Source: Aequorivita soesokkakensis
GTDB taxonomy: Bacteria > Bacteroidota > Bacteroidia > Flavobacteriales > Flavobacteriaceae
Direction of reading: 5' to 3'
Assembly (NCBI GenBank): GCA_040394975.1
Contig: JBEBRF010000001.1
Location: 448-64,447, forward strand
Length of the DNA stretch: 64,000 bases
Shown: in pieces, positions 52,480 through 61,656 of the stretch
Numbering within the stretch: the first letter of the stretch is position 1
Layout of the letters: each line of letters begins with the position of its first letter
Translations under genes and position numbers: made by a program
Notes under the pieces: generated by a model
Databases searched by the model: none
What the model was told of the DNA's origin: nothing
Seen by the model: the letters and a program-made list of their open reading frames with translations, nothing else

Positions 52480-54501
52480 CTATTTGGGGTACACCACAAT
52501 TTTGCTCATTTTGGGGAAATGTTTTTCCAGTTTTGCCGGCAGTCTATCCAATTGGCCAAAATAGGAAACATATCCTTTTCTGGATGAAATTAAAATAATA
52601 AGGTCCGTGGCGGTAAATTGACGGCATAGAATTAAGAAATCTTCCCAGTCACTGAAACGGTGGAAGTTTAGAGTTAGGCTCAGTTTGTTTGCTTTCACAA
52701 ATTTTAAAATGGCGGCATGCGTTGCCTCTGTACAGTTCAAGACCATTGGAATTGAAATTTCCCCCGATAATTTTGCGATTTTCAAAAGCCACATTTCAAA
52801 TCCTTCTTCAAACTCGGCATTTGGGGGGATTATTAAGAACAATCTTTGATGGTTTACCAGTGGAATTTCAAATTGGCAAATAAAAAGGGTCTTCTCTGTA
52901 TTCTCCAAAATACTTTCCATTTTGTCGCCAATCAATTTATCCAAAAAGCCAGTTTTTTGGGGCCAGCCCAACAAAATGAGGTCAGCAGTAATTTCCCTTG
53001 CGGTGCGTGATATTCCACTTGCCGGGTTATGGTCTATTGTGGCCATGATTCTGGCGTTGGTTTCAGAGGCGGCCGTTTCAACCACAAATTTTTCCAATTC
53101 CTGTTTGGCCTTGAGTATGTTTTTTTCGGCTTCGGTAGTGTTTGGCACTACCGTTAAGAGGGAAAGCGGCATTTCTGATTTTTTATCTTTTATCAAAATT
53201 GCAAATTCAAGGATTTTCTCAATCTTCGTCATGTTCGCTATTGGAATGAGAATCTGCTCGTTTAGGCCGGATATTGTTAATGCATCGTCGTATTCATCAA
53301 GATCGCGGATTATCATTTTTGAGGCACTCTCGGTGGCGAAGGACGCAATGATGCACGTAACGAGAATTAAAACTACCGTTCCGTTCAAGATATTTGCATC
53401 AAGAATGCCGGCATTGAACCCCACAACAATTACCGCGAGGGTTGCCGCTGCGTGCGCGCTGCTTAAACCGAAAATCAATTTTCTTTGGCCTTTTGAAAAT
53501 CGGAATATCAGTTGCGTGATCCATGCGGCCATCCACTTTCCGGTAATGGCCACCACCGTTAAGGTGCCCGCTATAATAATTGCTGCCGGACCGCTTAAGA
53601 TAACCTTTACATCTACAATCATCCCCACGCTTATTAAGAAAAACGGAATGAAGAGTGAATTTCCCATAAATTCAATTCGGTTCATCAGGGCAGAAGAATG
53701 GGGAATGAGTTTGTTCAACGCCAGTCCCGCTACGAAAGCGCCAATGATGGACTCAAGCCCGGCCAATTCAGCCAAAAATGCCGAAAAGAAAACCACGGCC
53801 AGAACGAAGATATAATGGGAATGTTTTTCGCTTTCCCAGGTTCTAAAAAACCACTTTGCAATTTTTGGGATTACCAAAAACATGAAAGCGGAAAATAGCA
53901 ACAGTGAAATCCCCAGACGAATCCAGAAATCCTGGGTCAATCCACCGGAATGTGAGCCTAAGATTACTGCCAAAAGAATGAGTACGGCGGTATCTGTCAA
54001 AATGGTTCCGCCCACAGTAATGGCCACGGCTATATTTTTTGAAATCCCAAGTTTGCTCACGATGGGGTAGGTAACCAAAGTGTGCGTTGCGAACATGCTT
54101 GCTGTTAGCAGGCTTGCATTCACATCAAACCCCAATAAATAATGGCAAACGGGGAAACCAATGCCCAGCGGAATCGAAAAGGTAAGAAGACCAAAAATGA
54201 GGCTCTTGTTTTTGGTGGCCTTAAATTCGTTCAGGTCCAACTCCAGCCCAGCAATAAACATAATATACAGCAGCCCTATGGTGGAAAAAACATCTACGAA
54301 TAAACTTTCTTCCAAAATGTTGAGGCCCGAGGGCCCAATAATAATTCCGGAAAGTATTAAGCCAATGATGCCCGGGATTCGGATACGGTTCAACAATACG
54401 GGGGCTAATAAAATGATAAATAGAATGATGGCGAAAATCAACACCGGATTGTGTAGCGGCAAATGAAAGTGTTCGGCAAATTCCTGCAAAATTGTATCCA
54501 T
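52480..54501 (-). CDS. CPA2-type cation:proton antiporter with cytoplasmic C-terminal (USP-like) region
   Basis: MFIAGLELD, TILTD, IIGAFVAGL, FIPFFLISVG; about 13 TM segments followed by a soluble tail. Confidence 0.88.
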   Translation of the reverse strand: MDTILQEFAEHFHLPLHNPVLIFAIILFIILLAPVLLNRIRIPGIIGLILSGIIIGPSGLNILEESLFVDVFSTIGLLYIMFIAGLELDLNEFKATKNKSLIFGLLTFSIPLGIGFPVCHYLLGFDVNASLLTASMFATHTLVTYPIVSKLGISKNIAVAITVGGTILTDTAVLILLAVILGSHSGGLTQDFWIRLGISLLLFSAFMFLVIPKIAKWFFRTWESEKHSHYIFVLAVVFFSAFLAELAGLESIIGAFVAGLALNKLIPHSSALMNRIEFMGNSLFIPFFLISVGMIVDVKVILSGPAAIIIAGTLTVVAITGKWMAAWITQLIFRFSKGQRKLIFGLSSAHAAATLAVIVVGFNAGILDANILNGTVVLILVTCIIASFATESASKMIIRDLDEYDDALTISGLNEQILIPIANMTKIEKILEFAILIKDKKSEMPLSLLTVVPNTTEAEKNILKAKQELEKFVVETAASETNARIMATIDHNPASGISRTAREITADLILLGWPQKTGFLDKLIGDKMESILENTEKTLFICQFEIPLVNHQRLFLIIPPNAEFEEGFEMWLLKIAKLSGEISIPMVLNCTEATHAAILKFVKANKLSLTLNFHRFSDWEDFLILCRQFTATDLIILISSRKGYVSYFGQLDRLPAKLEKHFPKMSKIVVYPK

Positions 54502-54719
54502 TGGGTCGGCGATGGTTAGTGAGGCATTACGCTCCAAAAATAGGAATTTTGAAAAGAATTAAACCGAACCAATTTTTAAAATATCCATTTATTAAAAATA
54601 AATATGGAAAAAAATCGAGATATGGCGTAAGGGACGAAAGTCTTCACCTCCGTTTTTTGGGGTTTATTTTGAATTCGGGGAAAAAAAGGGAGGTTTCTGA
54701 AATAAAGCTTTTTGAAAAA

Positions 54720-56108
54720 CTAAATAAGCTTCAGTTGATTTACAATTTCCTGCAATGCAGCTTTCGCATCGCCAAAAAGGATGCTACAATTTTCCAGCCC
54801 GAAAAGATCATTTTGGACCCCCGCATAGCCTTTGTTCATACTGCGTTTGATCACTATCACCTGCTTGCTTTGGTGAGCGCGAATAATAGGCATCCCATAC
54901 ACCGGACTGTCTGGGTTGTTTTCCGCAGCGGGATTTACAACGTCATTGGCACCGAGGACCAAAACGGTATCATATTGTTGCATACCTTCATTGCCCTCTT
55001 CCATTTCCTTTAAATGGGAATAGGCCACGTTCGCTTCGGCCAAAAGCACGTTCATATGCCCGGGCATTCGGCCCGCAACGGGATGGATTATGTAGTCAAC
55101 CTCCACATTTCTTTTTTCCAACAGTTGTTGGAGTTGGGCGCAGATGTGCTGGGCTTGTGCCACGGCAAGGCCATAGCCGGGAACGATGGCAACCTTTTGT
55201 GCATAAGTGAGCGCCAAAGCCGTTTCGGAAATGCTGATCTCTCGTATGTCCTGCACTTGCTCGAGGATATTGTTTTTACTCTTTTTAAAGGCACCCGCAA
55301 GAACTTTCAGCAAAGAACGATTCATGGCCCGGCACATTAAAAGGGTGAGCAAAAGACCCGCTGCCCCCACAAAAATTCCACCGGCAATCATTACCTTATT
55401 TCCGTAAACCAAGCCGGCAAAAGCGGTTGCAACGCCTGTGATGCTGTTCAAAAGTGAAATGACAACGGGCATGTCTGCCCCACCTATGGGCATTACGAAG
55501 AGCACTCCATAAACCATGGCGAACACGGCCAAAACATACATAAACGGGATAAATCCAATGGGAATCATTCCAAAGAAGTAAAGAGCGGGCAAGACAAGCA
55601 TGGAGCCCAAAAGCAACCGTGCCGAATAGATTACGGTTTTGCTTCGCCTGTCTTTTACCTTTCCGGCCAGTTTTCGTTCTGCAATAATACTTCCCGTAAA
55701 GGCGATGGCGCCTGTAATCAATCCTGCTATCAGCAAAACTTGGTTTCCGATGATGGCCGTTATGGGGTCCATTTGGGTAGCTTCCACCAGGCCTAAAAGC
55801 ATGGCGCAGCATCCGCCGGTGGCGTTAAATAGTGACACCAACTGGGGCATGGCGGTCATCTCTGCTCGGTCTGAAAGGCGTTTTCCAAGCACAGTGCCCA
55901 CGGCCATTGCCAATAACAATATAACTAAGTTTACATAAGGTACGGTGGCGGTAAGTGCAGCCGCAAAAGTCAGCGCTACGGCGAGGATCATGCCCAGGGC
56001 TGCAAATAAATTTCCGGTTTTGGCCCTTTTTGGGGAACTCATAAACTTTAAACCTCCTAAGAAGGAAAGCGTGGCAATTAAATAACCTACTTCAATGATT
56101 GCGTGCAT
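54720..56108 (-). CDS. pntB: NAD(P) transhydrogenase subunit beta
   Basis: MTAMPQLV, PIGGADMPVVISLLNS, MCRAMNRS, PGYGLAVAQAQ, HPVAGRMPGHMNVLLAEA, GANDVVNP. Confidence 0.97.
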   Translation of the reverse strand: MHAIIEVGYLIATLSFLGGLKFMSSPKRAKTGNLFAALGMILAVALTFAAALTATVPYVNLVILLLAMAVGTVLGKRLSDRAEMTAMPQLVSLFNATGGCCAMLLGLVEATQMDPITAIIGNQVLLIAGLITGAIAFTGSIIAERKLAGKVKDRRSKTVIYSARLLLGSMLVLPALYFFGMIPIGFIPFMYVLAVFAMVYGVLFVMPIGGADMPVVISLLNSITGVATAFAGLVYGNKVMIAGGIFVGAAGLLLTLLMCRAMNRSLLKVLAGAFKKSKNNILEQVQDIREISISETALALTYAQKVAIVPGYGLAVAQAQHICAQLQQLLEKRNVEVDYIIHPVAGRMPGHMNVLLAEANVAYSHLKEMEEGNEGMQQYDTVLVLGANDVVNPAAENNPDSPVYGMPIIRAHQSKQVIVIKRSMNKGYAGVQNDLFGLENCSILFGDAKAALQEIVNQLKLI

Positions 56109-56148
56109 GGTTTTGGAAGTCGTTTTTTATGAAAAAGGAATTATTGAA

Positions 56149-56206
56149 AAAAGACCAAAACATAAGGTGCGTTTTATGTTGAGGATCCTTATGTTTTGTG
56201 TCTTTT
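56149..56206 (-). other. Intercistronic stem-loop between pntA2 and pntB
   Basis: Arms aaaagaccaaaacataagg (56149-56167) and ccttatgttttgtgtctttt (56187-56206), one bulge. Confidence 0.7.
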
Positions 56207-56235
56207 GAATTGAGTTAATATACTATACGTTTGGA

Positions 56236-56532
56236 TTATTTTTTTGGGTTGAACATTTTCAGCATCCGTCCGGTAACAAAAAATCCTCCGGAAATATTAA
56301 GCGTGCCCAAAAATACAGCTATTCCTCCCAAGGTAAGGTTTAGGTAGTCATCAGCGGGCACCCGCAACATTACAATGATTGCGCCCACCAGAATGACCCC
56401 GCTAATGGCGTTGGCACCACTCATTAGAGGAGTATGCAGGATAGCGGGAACGTTCGCTATTACTTCAATACCTATAAAGATGCAGAAAATTATAAAATAA
56501 ATTTCTTGGATGTGTTGATTAATATAATCCAT
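56236..56532 (-). CDS. pntA: NAD(P) transhydrogenase subunit alpha, membrane part (PntA2)
   Basis: VPAILHTPLMSGANAISG, NISGGFFVTGRMLKMF. Confidence 0.96.
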   Translation of the reverse strand: MDYINQHIQEIYFIIFCIFIGIEVIANVPAILHTPLMSGANAISGVILVGAIIVMLRVPADDYLNLTLGGIAVFLGTLNISGGFFVTGRMLKMFNPKK

Positions 56533-56535
56533 AAT

Positions 56536-57669
56536 TTATGCAGGTTGTAGTTGGTTAGAAAAATGTGGATGGGTCCATTGTCCTTCGCTCATAATCCGGG
56601 ATGCGGAGAGCAAAGGGTCGTCGCTTTGTCCATCGGCCTTTTGTTTGTATTTCAAAAAGGAAAAGTAATTGTTGGAAAGCAACTTTGAGGCGGCGGCAGG
56701 GATTTCAGCGGAAAGGCTTGAGTTGCCCAAAATTGTTACGCCCTGATGGCGCACAATTTGTTGATTTTTGGAAAGCTGGCAATTGCCGCCCTGTTCGGCA
56801 GCGAGATCTATGATAATGCTTCCGGGTTGCATTGCCTCAACGGAGCGGGTTTCAATGAGCAATGGCGCTTTTTTTCCCGGGATATTTGCCGTGCTGATAA
56901 CTATATTCGCCGTTAGAATATGGTTGTGGATCAAGTCTTTTTGTCTTCTTTGGTACTCTTCCGTTTGCTCTACTGCATAGCCACCCGCTGTGGCAGATTC
57001 GGAATATCCTTCTACCTCTATGAACGTTGCGCCAAGGCTTCGCACTTCTTCTCCGGCAGATTTCCGCACATCAAAGGCTTCAACAACGGCACCCAATCGG
57101 CGTGCGGTGGCAATGGCCTGCAGCCCGGCTACGCCCGCACCCAGAACCAAAACCTTTGCTGGGGTAAGTGTGCCGGCGGCGGTTGTAAACATGGGAAACA
57201 CGCCATTGTATAGTTCCGCAGCTTTTAGGACCGCGCGGTAACCGGCCAGTGATGCCATGGATGAAAGCACATCCATAGACTGCGCCAAAGTTGTTCGCGG
57301 CAGCAAGTCTAAGCTATAGACCGTAGCCCCGTGTGTTTGATAAATAGCGAGTTTGGAATCATGAAAGAGGGGGTTGAAAATACCAATGAAGCATAGCCCC
57401 CTCTTCATTTCCACTTCGCTAAAAGTATGGTTAATGGATACGATTGTATCCGAATTTTTAAAAATAGATTCCCGCGGTTGGGGGGTGGCCCCGGCGTTCA
57501 CGTATTCTGAATCGGCAATTTCAAGCGAACTGCCCAGCCCCGGCTCAAAGAGAATGTTGAGCGCTAACTCCCCGGTAAGTCTTTTAACTTCCTTGGGCAA
57601 CAAACAGACCCGCGGATCGTTTGGGGTTTTAAGGATTCCTATGGTCTTGGGCTGTGGCTGTTCGCTCAT
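56536..57669 (-). CDS. pntA: NAD(P) transhydrogenase subunit alpha, NAD(H)-binding domain I (PntA1)
   Basis: PRTTLAQSMDVLSSMASLAGY, TAAGT, GAGVAGLQAIATA, GGYA, IPGKKAP, DLAAEQGGNC. Confidence 0.96.
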   Translation of the reverse strand: MSEQPQPKTIGILKTPNDPRVCLLPKEVKRLTGELALNILFEPGLGSSLEIADSEYVNAGATPQPRESIFKNSDTIVSINHTFSEVEMKRGLCFIGIFNPLFHDSKLAIYQTHGATVYSLDLLPRTTLAQSMDVLSSMASLAGYRAVLKAAELYNGVFPMFTTAAGTLTPAKVLVLGAGVAGLQAIATARRLGAVVEAFDVRKSAGEEVRSLGATFIEVEGYSESATAGGYAVEQTEEYQRRQKDLIHNHILTANIVISTANIPGKKAPLLIETRSVEAMQPGSIIIDLAAEQGGNCQLSKNQQIVRHQGVTILGNSSLSAEIPAAASKLLSNNYFSFLKYKQKADGQSDDPLLSASRIMSEGQWTHPHFSNQLQPA

Positions 57670-57699
57670 ATATTGTTATAGAATTTATTTTTTACTGAA

Positions 57700-58080
57700 T
57701 TACTTGCTCAAAAAATCGAAATATTCTTCCTTTATGGCTCTGTATTTTTTTAAGTGTGCCAAATAGTTGTTTCTGTATCGTTCGTGTTCTGTTACATAAA
57801 ACATGTCACAGTCGGTGTCTTCACACTCAGCTGCTTTGGGCAGGGTTTCTTTATATTTAAAAAAGGAATCTATCGCGGCCATATTGTTTTTTTTCTCAAG
57901 GATCAATTTGTTAAGAACATTGTGAGATTCAAATGTTTGGGATAGCTCTTTCTTCCCAAGGTTCAACAGATTGTCAATTTCTTTTTCGATGTAATTAAGA
58001 TGTTCAATCCAATTGTCCAATTCAATTGCGCTGTTTTTATAAGTTATTGCTTCTGGGGAATCGTGATCGTAAATCTTCAT
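57700..58080 (-). CDS. Hypothetical helical protein
   Basis: 126-aa ORF in operon orientation with ECEDTDCD motif. Confidence 0.75.
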   Translation of the reverse strand: MKIYDHDSPEAITYKNSAIELDNWIEHLNYIEKEIDNLLNLGKKELSQTFESHNVLNKLILEKKNNMAAIDSFFKYKETLPKAAECEDTDCDMFYVTEHERYRNNYLAHLKKYRAIKEEYFDFLSK

Positions 58081-58107
58081 GGTTGAAATAAAAAAAATGA
58101 TTATTTT

Positions 58108-58524
58108 CTATGATAGCACGTCAATATCAATCGGTCTTTCGGATTGCTTAACGTTTGTGATCTTCAACTCTTTGGTTCCGTTGGGGAAATTCCAGATAAC
58201 GGAATCTCCTTGGGCATAGCCCATAACCGCTGAGCCCATAGGAGCCAGGATGGAAATCTTGTTCGCCGCAATGTCGCGTTCTGTGGGGATTACAAGCTGG
58301 AATTCGGTTTCCCAGGTTCCGGATTGTACCGTTACAACACTGTTAAAGCGGATGACGTCCTCCGGCATTTCTTCGTGGTCATAAATGATGGCGCTGGTAA
58401 GTTCACCGCTTAATTTTTTAAGGGAAACTTTTGTGTTTTCGTCTTTATAATAACCGGTTACGTTCAACAGGCGTTTCAAAAAAACGTATTCTTTCTTTTC
58501 TAATATTAAATTTCCATATTTCAT
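58108..58524 (-). CDS. GreA/GreB-family C-terminal domain protein (Rnk-like)
   Basis: MPEDVIRFNS, QLVIP, ISILAPMGSAVMGY..GD...W; lacks the long Gre coiled coil. Confidence 0.85.
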   Translation of the reverse strand: MKYGNLILEKKEYVFLKRLLNVTGYYKDENTKVSLKKLSGELTSAIIYDHEEMPEDVIRFNSVVTVQSGTWETEFQLVIPTERDIAANKISILAPMGSAVMGYAQGDSVIWNFPNGTKELKITNVKQSERPIDIDVLS

Positions 58525-58544
58525 GGGTACTGTTTTGTATTAAT

Positions 58545-58598
58545 AAGGATGGAACATCAGTATTATTGCTAATAGTTGAGGAGTGATGCTCCATCCTT
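58545..58598 (-). other. Intercistronic stem-loop between gdh and rnk
   Basis: Arms aaggatggaacatca (58545-58559) and tgatgctccatcctt (58584-58598); the one mismatch is a G-U pair in the minus-strand RNA. Confidence 0.7.
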
Positions 58599-58612
58599 GT
58601 GGATAAAATTAT

Positions 58613-59908
58613 TTATGGGAATATCCCTCGTAGCACATAAGCCTTTTCAATTCTTTCAATTGCGATGGCAAATGCGGCCGTACGCATATCTATTGCGTTT
58701 TCTTCGGAATAGGCGGTAACCTTTTTAAAGGTGGAGCGCAGTTTCTTCTCTAGTTTTTCCAAAATTTCGTCCATTTGCCATAGCTCGCCATTTCGGTTTT
58801 GAAGCCACTCAAAGTAACTTCCAATGACCCCGCCGGAGTTGCACATAATATCGGGGATAATGGTGATGCCGCGGTCAAGCAATATTTTTTCACCTTCTAC
58901 ATCGGTTGGGCCGTTAGCGCCTTCAGCGATTAAGGAGGCTTTTATGCCGTGGGCATTTTCCTTTGTAATCTGGTTGCCCAAGGCGGCAGGAATGCAGATA
59001 TCACAATTTAGGCCGAAGAACTCTTTTCCATCCAATGCGGTGGCTTCTGGGAAACCTACAATGCTTCCTTTATTGGCTTTTCCATAATTAAAGAGATCTT
59101 CAACGGTAATGCCTTCTTTATTTTGAAGACTGCCGAATGCATCTTGTACACCTACCATTTTTGCGCCCTCGCCTTCAAGGAAATGTGCTGCCCAATAGCC
59201 CACATTGCCAAATCCTTGAACTATAAATGTTTTTCCGTTAAGGCTTTCGTTGTTTTTTTCTGCCCAAAATTTTATGGTCAGGAAAACCCCATAGCCTGTA
59301 GCGCGGTCACGGCCTTCCAAACCGCCGCTGCCCACAGGTTTCCCGGTAACAACGTGTTGGTTTTTGGAGCGTTCGCTTGTGCTTTTGGTGCTCATGTAAG
59401 TGTCAGCAATCCAAGCCATGGTTTGGTCGTTGGTATTTACGTCTGGCGCAGGAATGTCGTGCTCTGGCCCAATGTTTTCGCCCAGGGCATAGGTGAACCT
59501 GCGGGTTATGCGCTCCAGTTCGGTTTTGGAATATTTTGATGGGTCAATCTGTATCCCGCCCTTGGCTCCACCATAAGGCAGTCCGGCCAATGATGTTTTC
59601 CAAGTCATCCACATGGCCAGGGCGCGCGCGGCGTCAATATCTACAGTTGGGTGGTAACGGAGGCCTCCTTTGTAAGGGCCCAAGGCGTTATTGTGTTGTA
59701 CGCGGTAACCCGTGAAAATCTCCACTTCGCCATTGTCCATCCGAACGGGAAAGTGAATGATGATCTCTGTGTTAGTAATACTAAGAATTTTGCGAACGTT
59801 TGGGTTCAGATTGATTTTATCTGCGGCGCTGTTGAATTGTTCCAGCACGTTGTCCAACATTCCTCTTTTTGCAGCTTGTGGTTTATCCAATGTTTCTGTA
59901 TTTATCAT
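58613..59908 (-). CDS. Glu/Leu/Phe/Val dehydrogenase (second, probably catabolic glutamate dehydrogenase)
   Basis: [59 protein letters not shown]. Confidence 0.93.
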   Translation of the reverse strand: MINTETLDKPQAAKRGMLDNVLEQFNSAADKINLNPNVRKILSITNTEIIIHFPVRMDNGEVEIFTGYRVQHNNALGPYKGGLRYHPTVDIDAARALAMWMTWKTSLAGLPYGGAKGGIQIDPSKYSKTELERITRRFTYALGENIGPEHDIPAPDVNTNDQTMAWIADTYMSTKSTSERSKNQHVVTGKPVGSGGLEGRDRATGYGVFLTIKFWAEKNNESLNGKTFIVQGFGNVGYWAAHFLEGEGAKMVGVQDAFGSLQNKEGITVEDLFNYGKANKGSIVGFPEATALDGKEFFGLNCDICIPAALGNQITKENAHGIKASLIAEGANGPTDVEGEKILLDRGITIIPDIMCNSGGVIGSYFEWLQNRNGELWQMDEILEKLEKKLRSTFKKVTAYSEENAIDMRTAAFAIAIERIEKAYVLRGIFP

Positions 59909-59923
59909 TTTTACTGATTGTTT

Positions 59924-60100
59924 TTAAATGGTTGCCAGTTCAGGCTCTCTTTTTAATATTTGTTGAAAGGGTTCCGGGGCGCGGTGTTGTTTTTGGTCAA
60001 ACTCACTACAAGAAAACACCGCGGAATGGTTTTGCGTTACCACACAATAAGTTGTGTGGACACATTCAACGCAAAGATTTGTAGGGCTATTGATTATCAT
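59924..60100 (-). CDS. 58-aa Cys-rich microprotein, first gene of the sigma-54 operon
   Basis: MIINSPTNLCVECVHTTYCVVTQNHSAVFSCSEFD...; ATG at 60100 lies just downstream of the -24/-12 promoter. Confidence 0.7.
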   Translation of the reverse strand: MIINSPTNLCVECVHTTYCVVTQNHSAVFSCSEFDQKQHRAPEPFQQILKREPELATI

Positions 60101-60126
60101 TCTATTTTGTTTGCATTTTCCTTTTC

Positions 60127-60142
60127 GCAAGGCTTGTGCCAA
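60127..60142 (-). promoter_or_regulatory. Sigma-54 (-24/-12) promoter
   Basis: Minus strand TTGGCAC-AAGCC-TTGC, an exact match to TGGCAC-N5-TTGC. Confidence 0.88.
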
Positions 60143-60230
60143 TTTTCTGAAGCAAGACCACATAACTAATTAAATCACTGGTTTGCAGTGCAGTAACGGA
60201 TTTTTTGAAAATATATGGTCAAGTACAATC

Positions 60231-60267
60231 TGGGGTGTAATTCCCGCATTGGGGAAAAACTCCCCAC
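60231..60267. promoter_or_regulatory. Putative tandem upstream activator sites for the NtrC-type regulator
   Basis: tgggga-aaaac-tcccca perfect palindrome (60250-60266) and adjacent degenerate gggg-tgtaatt-cccg (60232-60246), about 90-125 bp upstream of the -24 box. Confidence 0.55.
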
Positions 60268-60330
60268 ACTATTTTTTATCCTTTACGCGCGGAAAATGGT
60301 TTTGACGTGGGATTTTTTTCTTTCGGAAAA

Positions 60331-61650
60331 CTATTCCTTTGTTTTGCCCCGAAGCGTTTTGCGGTCTATTTTCAGAATTTCTGCCGCCCTGGTTTGATTG
60401 TTGTCCGTGGCGGCGAGCACTTTTTCAATATATTTTTTTTCCATTTCTTTTAAAGAAAGCAATGATTCATTTTCGGGAAATTCTATTTGGTATTTTAGGG
60501 TTTCGGGCAAATCTTTTACCCCAATGCTGCGGTCGCTCATTATTACCGCCCGTTGAACTACGTTTTCCAGCTCGCGAATGTTTCCCGGCCAGTTGTACCG
60601 CTGTAAAAGTTGCTTTGCTTCCGGATCTATGGTTATGTATCTATCTTTATATTCGTTTCCATATTTGAACAGGAATTTATCAGAGAGCAGCGGTATATCT
60701 TCTTTTCGCTCGCGCAGGGGCGGCACGTTGATTTCCACTACGGTCAATCTATAATAAAGGTCTTCCCGAAAAGTTTCCTTGGCAATCATTTCCTTTAAAT
60801 TGCTATTGGTGGCAGCAATAACGCGAACGTCAATCTTTTCTGTTTTTCGCCCCCCCACTTTCATCACTTCCTTTTCCTGTAACACCCGGAGTAGCCTGGA
60901 CTGCACCGCCATGGAGGCATTGCCAATTTCATCTAAAAAAATAGTGCCGCCCGCCGCTGCCTGAAAGAGGCCATCGCGATCCTCATTTGCTCCGGTAAAG
61001 GCGCCTTTTACGTAACCAAAAAGTTCAGATTCCAACAGGTTTTCAGGAATGCCGCCACAGTTTACGGCAATGAACGGCGCTCGCGAAAATTTTCCGTTAT
61101 AGTGGATGGTGCGCGCCACCAGCTCCTTTCCGGTGCCGCTCTCCCCGCTAATAAAAATGGTGGCCTTATTGTCCTTCACGCGTTTTATTATTTGGATGAC
61201 GTTTTTTATGGCTTCGCTCTCCCCAATAATTTCGTTATAGGTAGCTGAGGAAGCAGATTTTTCGGAGGTCTTTTGTTTGATTTTGGTTGAAAGGGATTTC
61301 AACACGCCCTGTTTCAATTCTTCTTTTGTAAATGGCTTCACTAAATATTCCACCACCCCAGATTTTATGGCTGAAAGTGCATCCTGTATGGAAGGGTAGC
61401 CCGTTACTACCAGTTTGGGCATATTTGGGTAATGTTCGGAAGCGAACTGGATAAGTTGGAACCCGTCAATTTCGGGCATTTTCAGGTCGGTAATCAGCAA
61501 GTCTATTTCTGTGTCGCGCAGGATGGCAACGGCCTCTTTCACTGAAATGGCCTTGTATGTATGATAATTCAGTGAATGGAGATGCCGCTGGAGCAATTCC
61601 AGAATATTGATGTCGTCATCAACAATTAATATGTTTTCCTTTTGAAGCAT
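60331..61650 (-). CDS. Sigma-54-dependent response regulator (NtrC family)
   Basis: Receiver domain (VDDD, TDLKMP, KPF), GESGTGKE, GAFTGA, LDEIG, DLYYRL, WPGNIREL, Fis-type HTH. Confidence 0.96.
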   Translation of the reverse strand: MLQKENILIVDDDINILELLQRHLHSLNYHTYKAISVKEAVAILRDTEIDLLITDLKMPEIDGFQLIQFASEHYPNMPKLVVTGYPSIQDALSAIKSGVVEYLVKPFTKEELKQGVLKSLSTKIKQKTSEKSASSATYNEIIGESEAIKNVIQIIKRVKDNKATIFISGESGTGKELVARTIHYNGKFSRAPFIAVNCGGIPENLLESELFGYVKGAFTGANEDRDGLFQAAAGGTIFLDEIGNASMAVQSRLLRVLQEKEVMKVGGRKTEKIDVRVIAATNSNLKEMIAKETFREDLYYRLTVVEINVPPLRERKEDIPLLSDKFLFKYGNEYKDRYITIDPEAKQLLQRYNWPGNIRELENVVQRAVIMSDRSIGVKDLPETLKYQIEFPENESLLSLKEMEKKYIEKVLAATDNNQTRAAEILKIDRKTLRGKTKE

Positions 61651-61656
61651 TGGTTT

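Noticed and set aside
52922-53815. 297-aa plus-strand ORF (and similar long antisense ORFs such as 39204-39977)
   Set aside because: Antisense shadows of well-supported genes with no motifs of their own.
54502-54545. Cation or fluoride riboswitch before the CPA2 antiporter
   Set aside because: The leader after the TATTTTTG box is only about 30 nt and has no consensus I can match; the GGCGATGG-like string is on the wrong strand.
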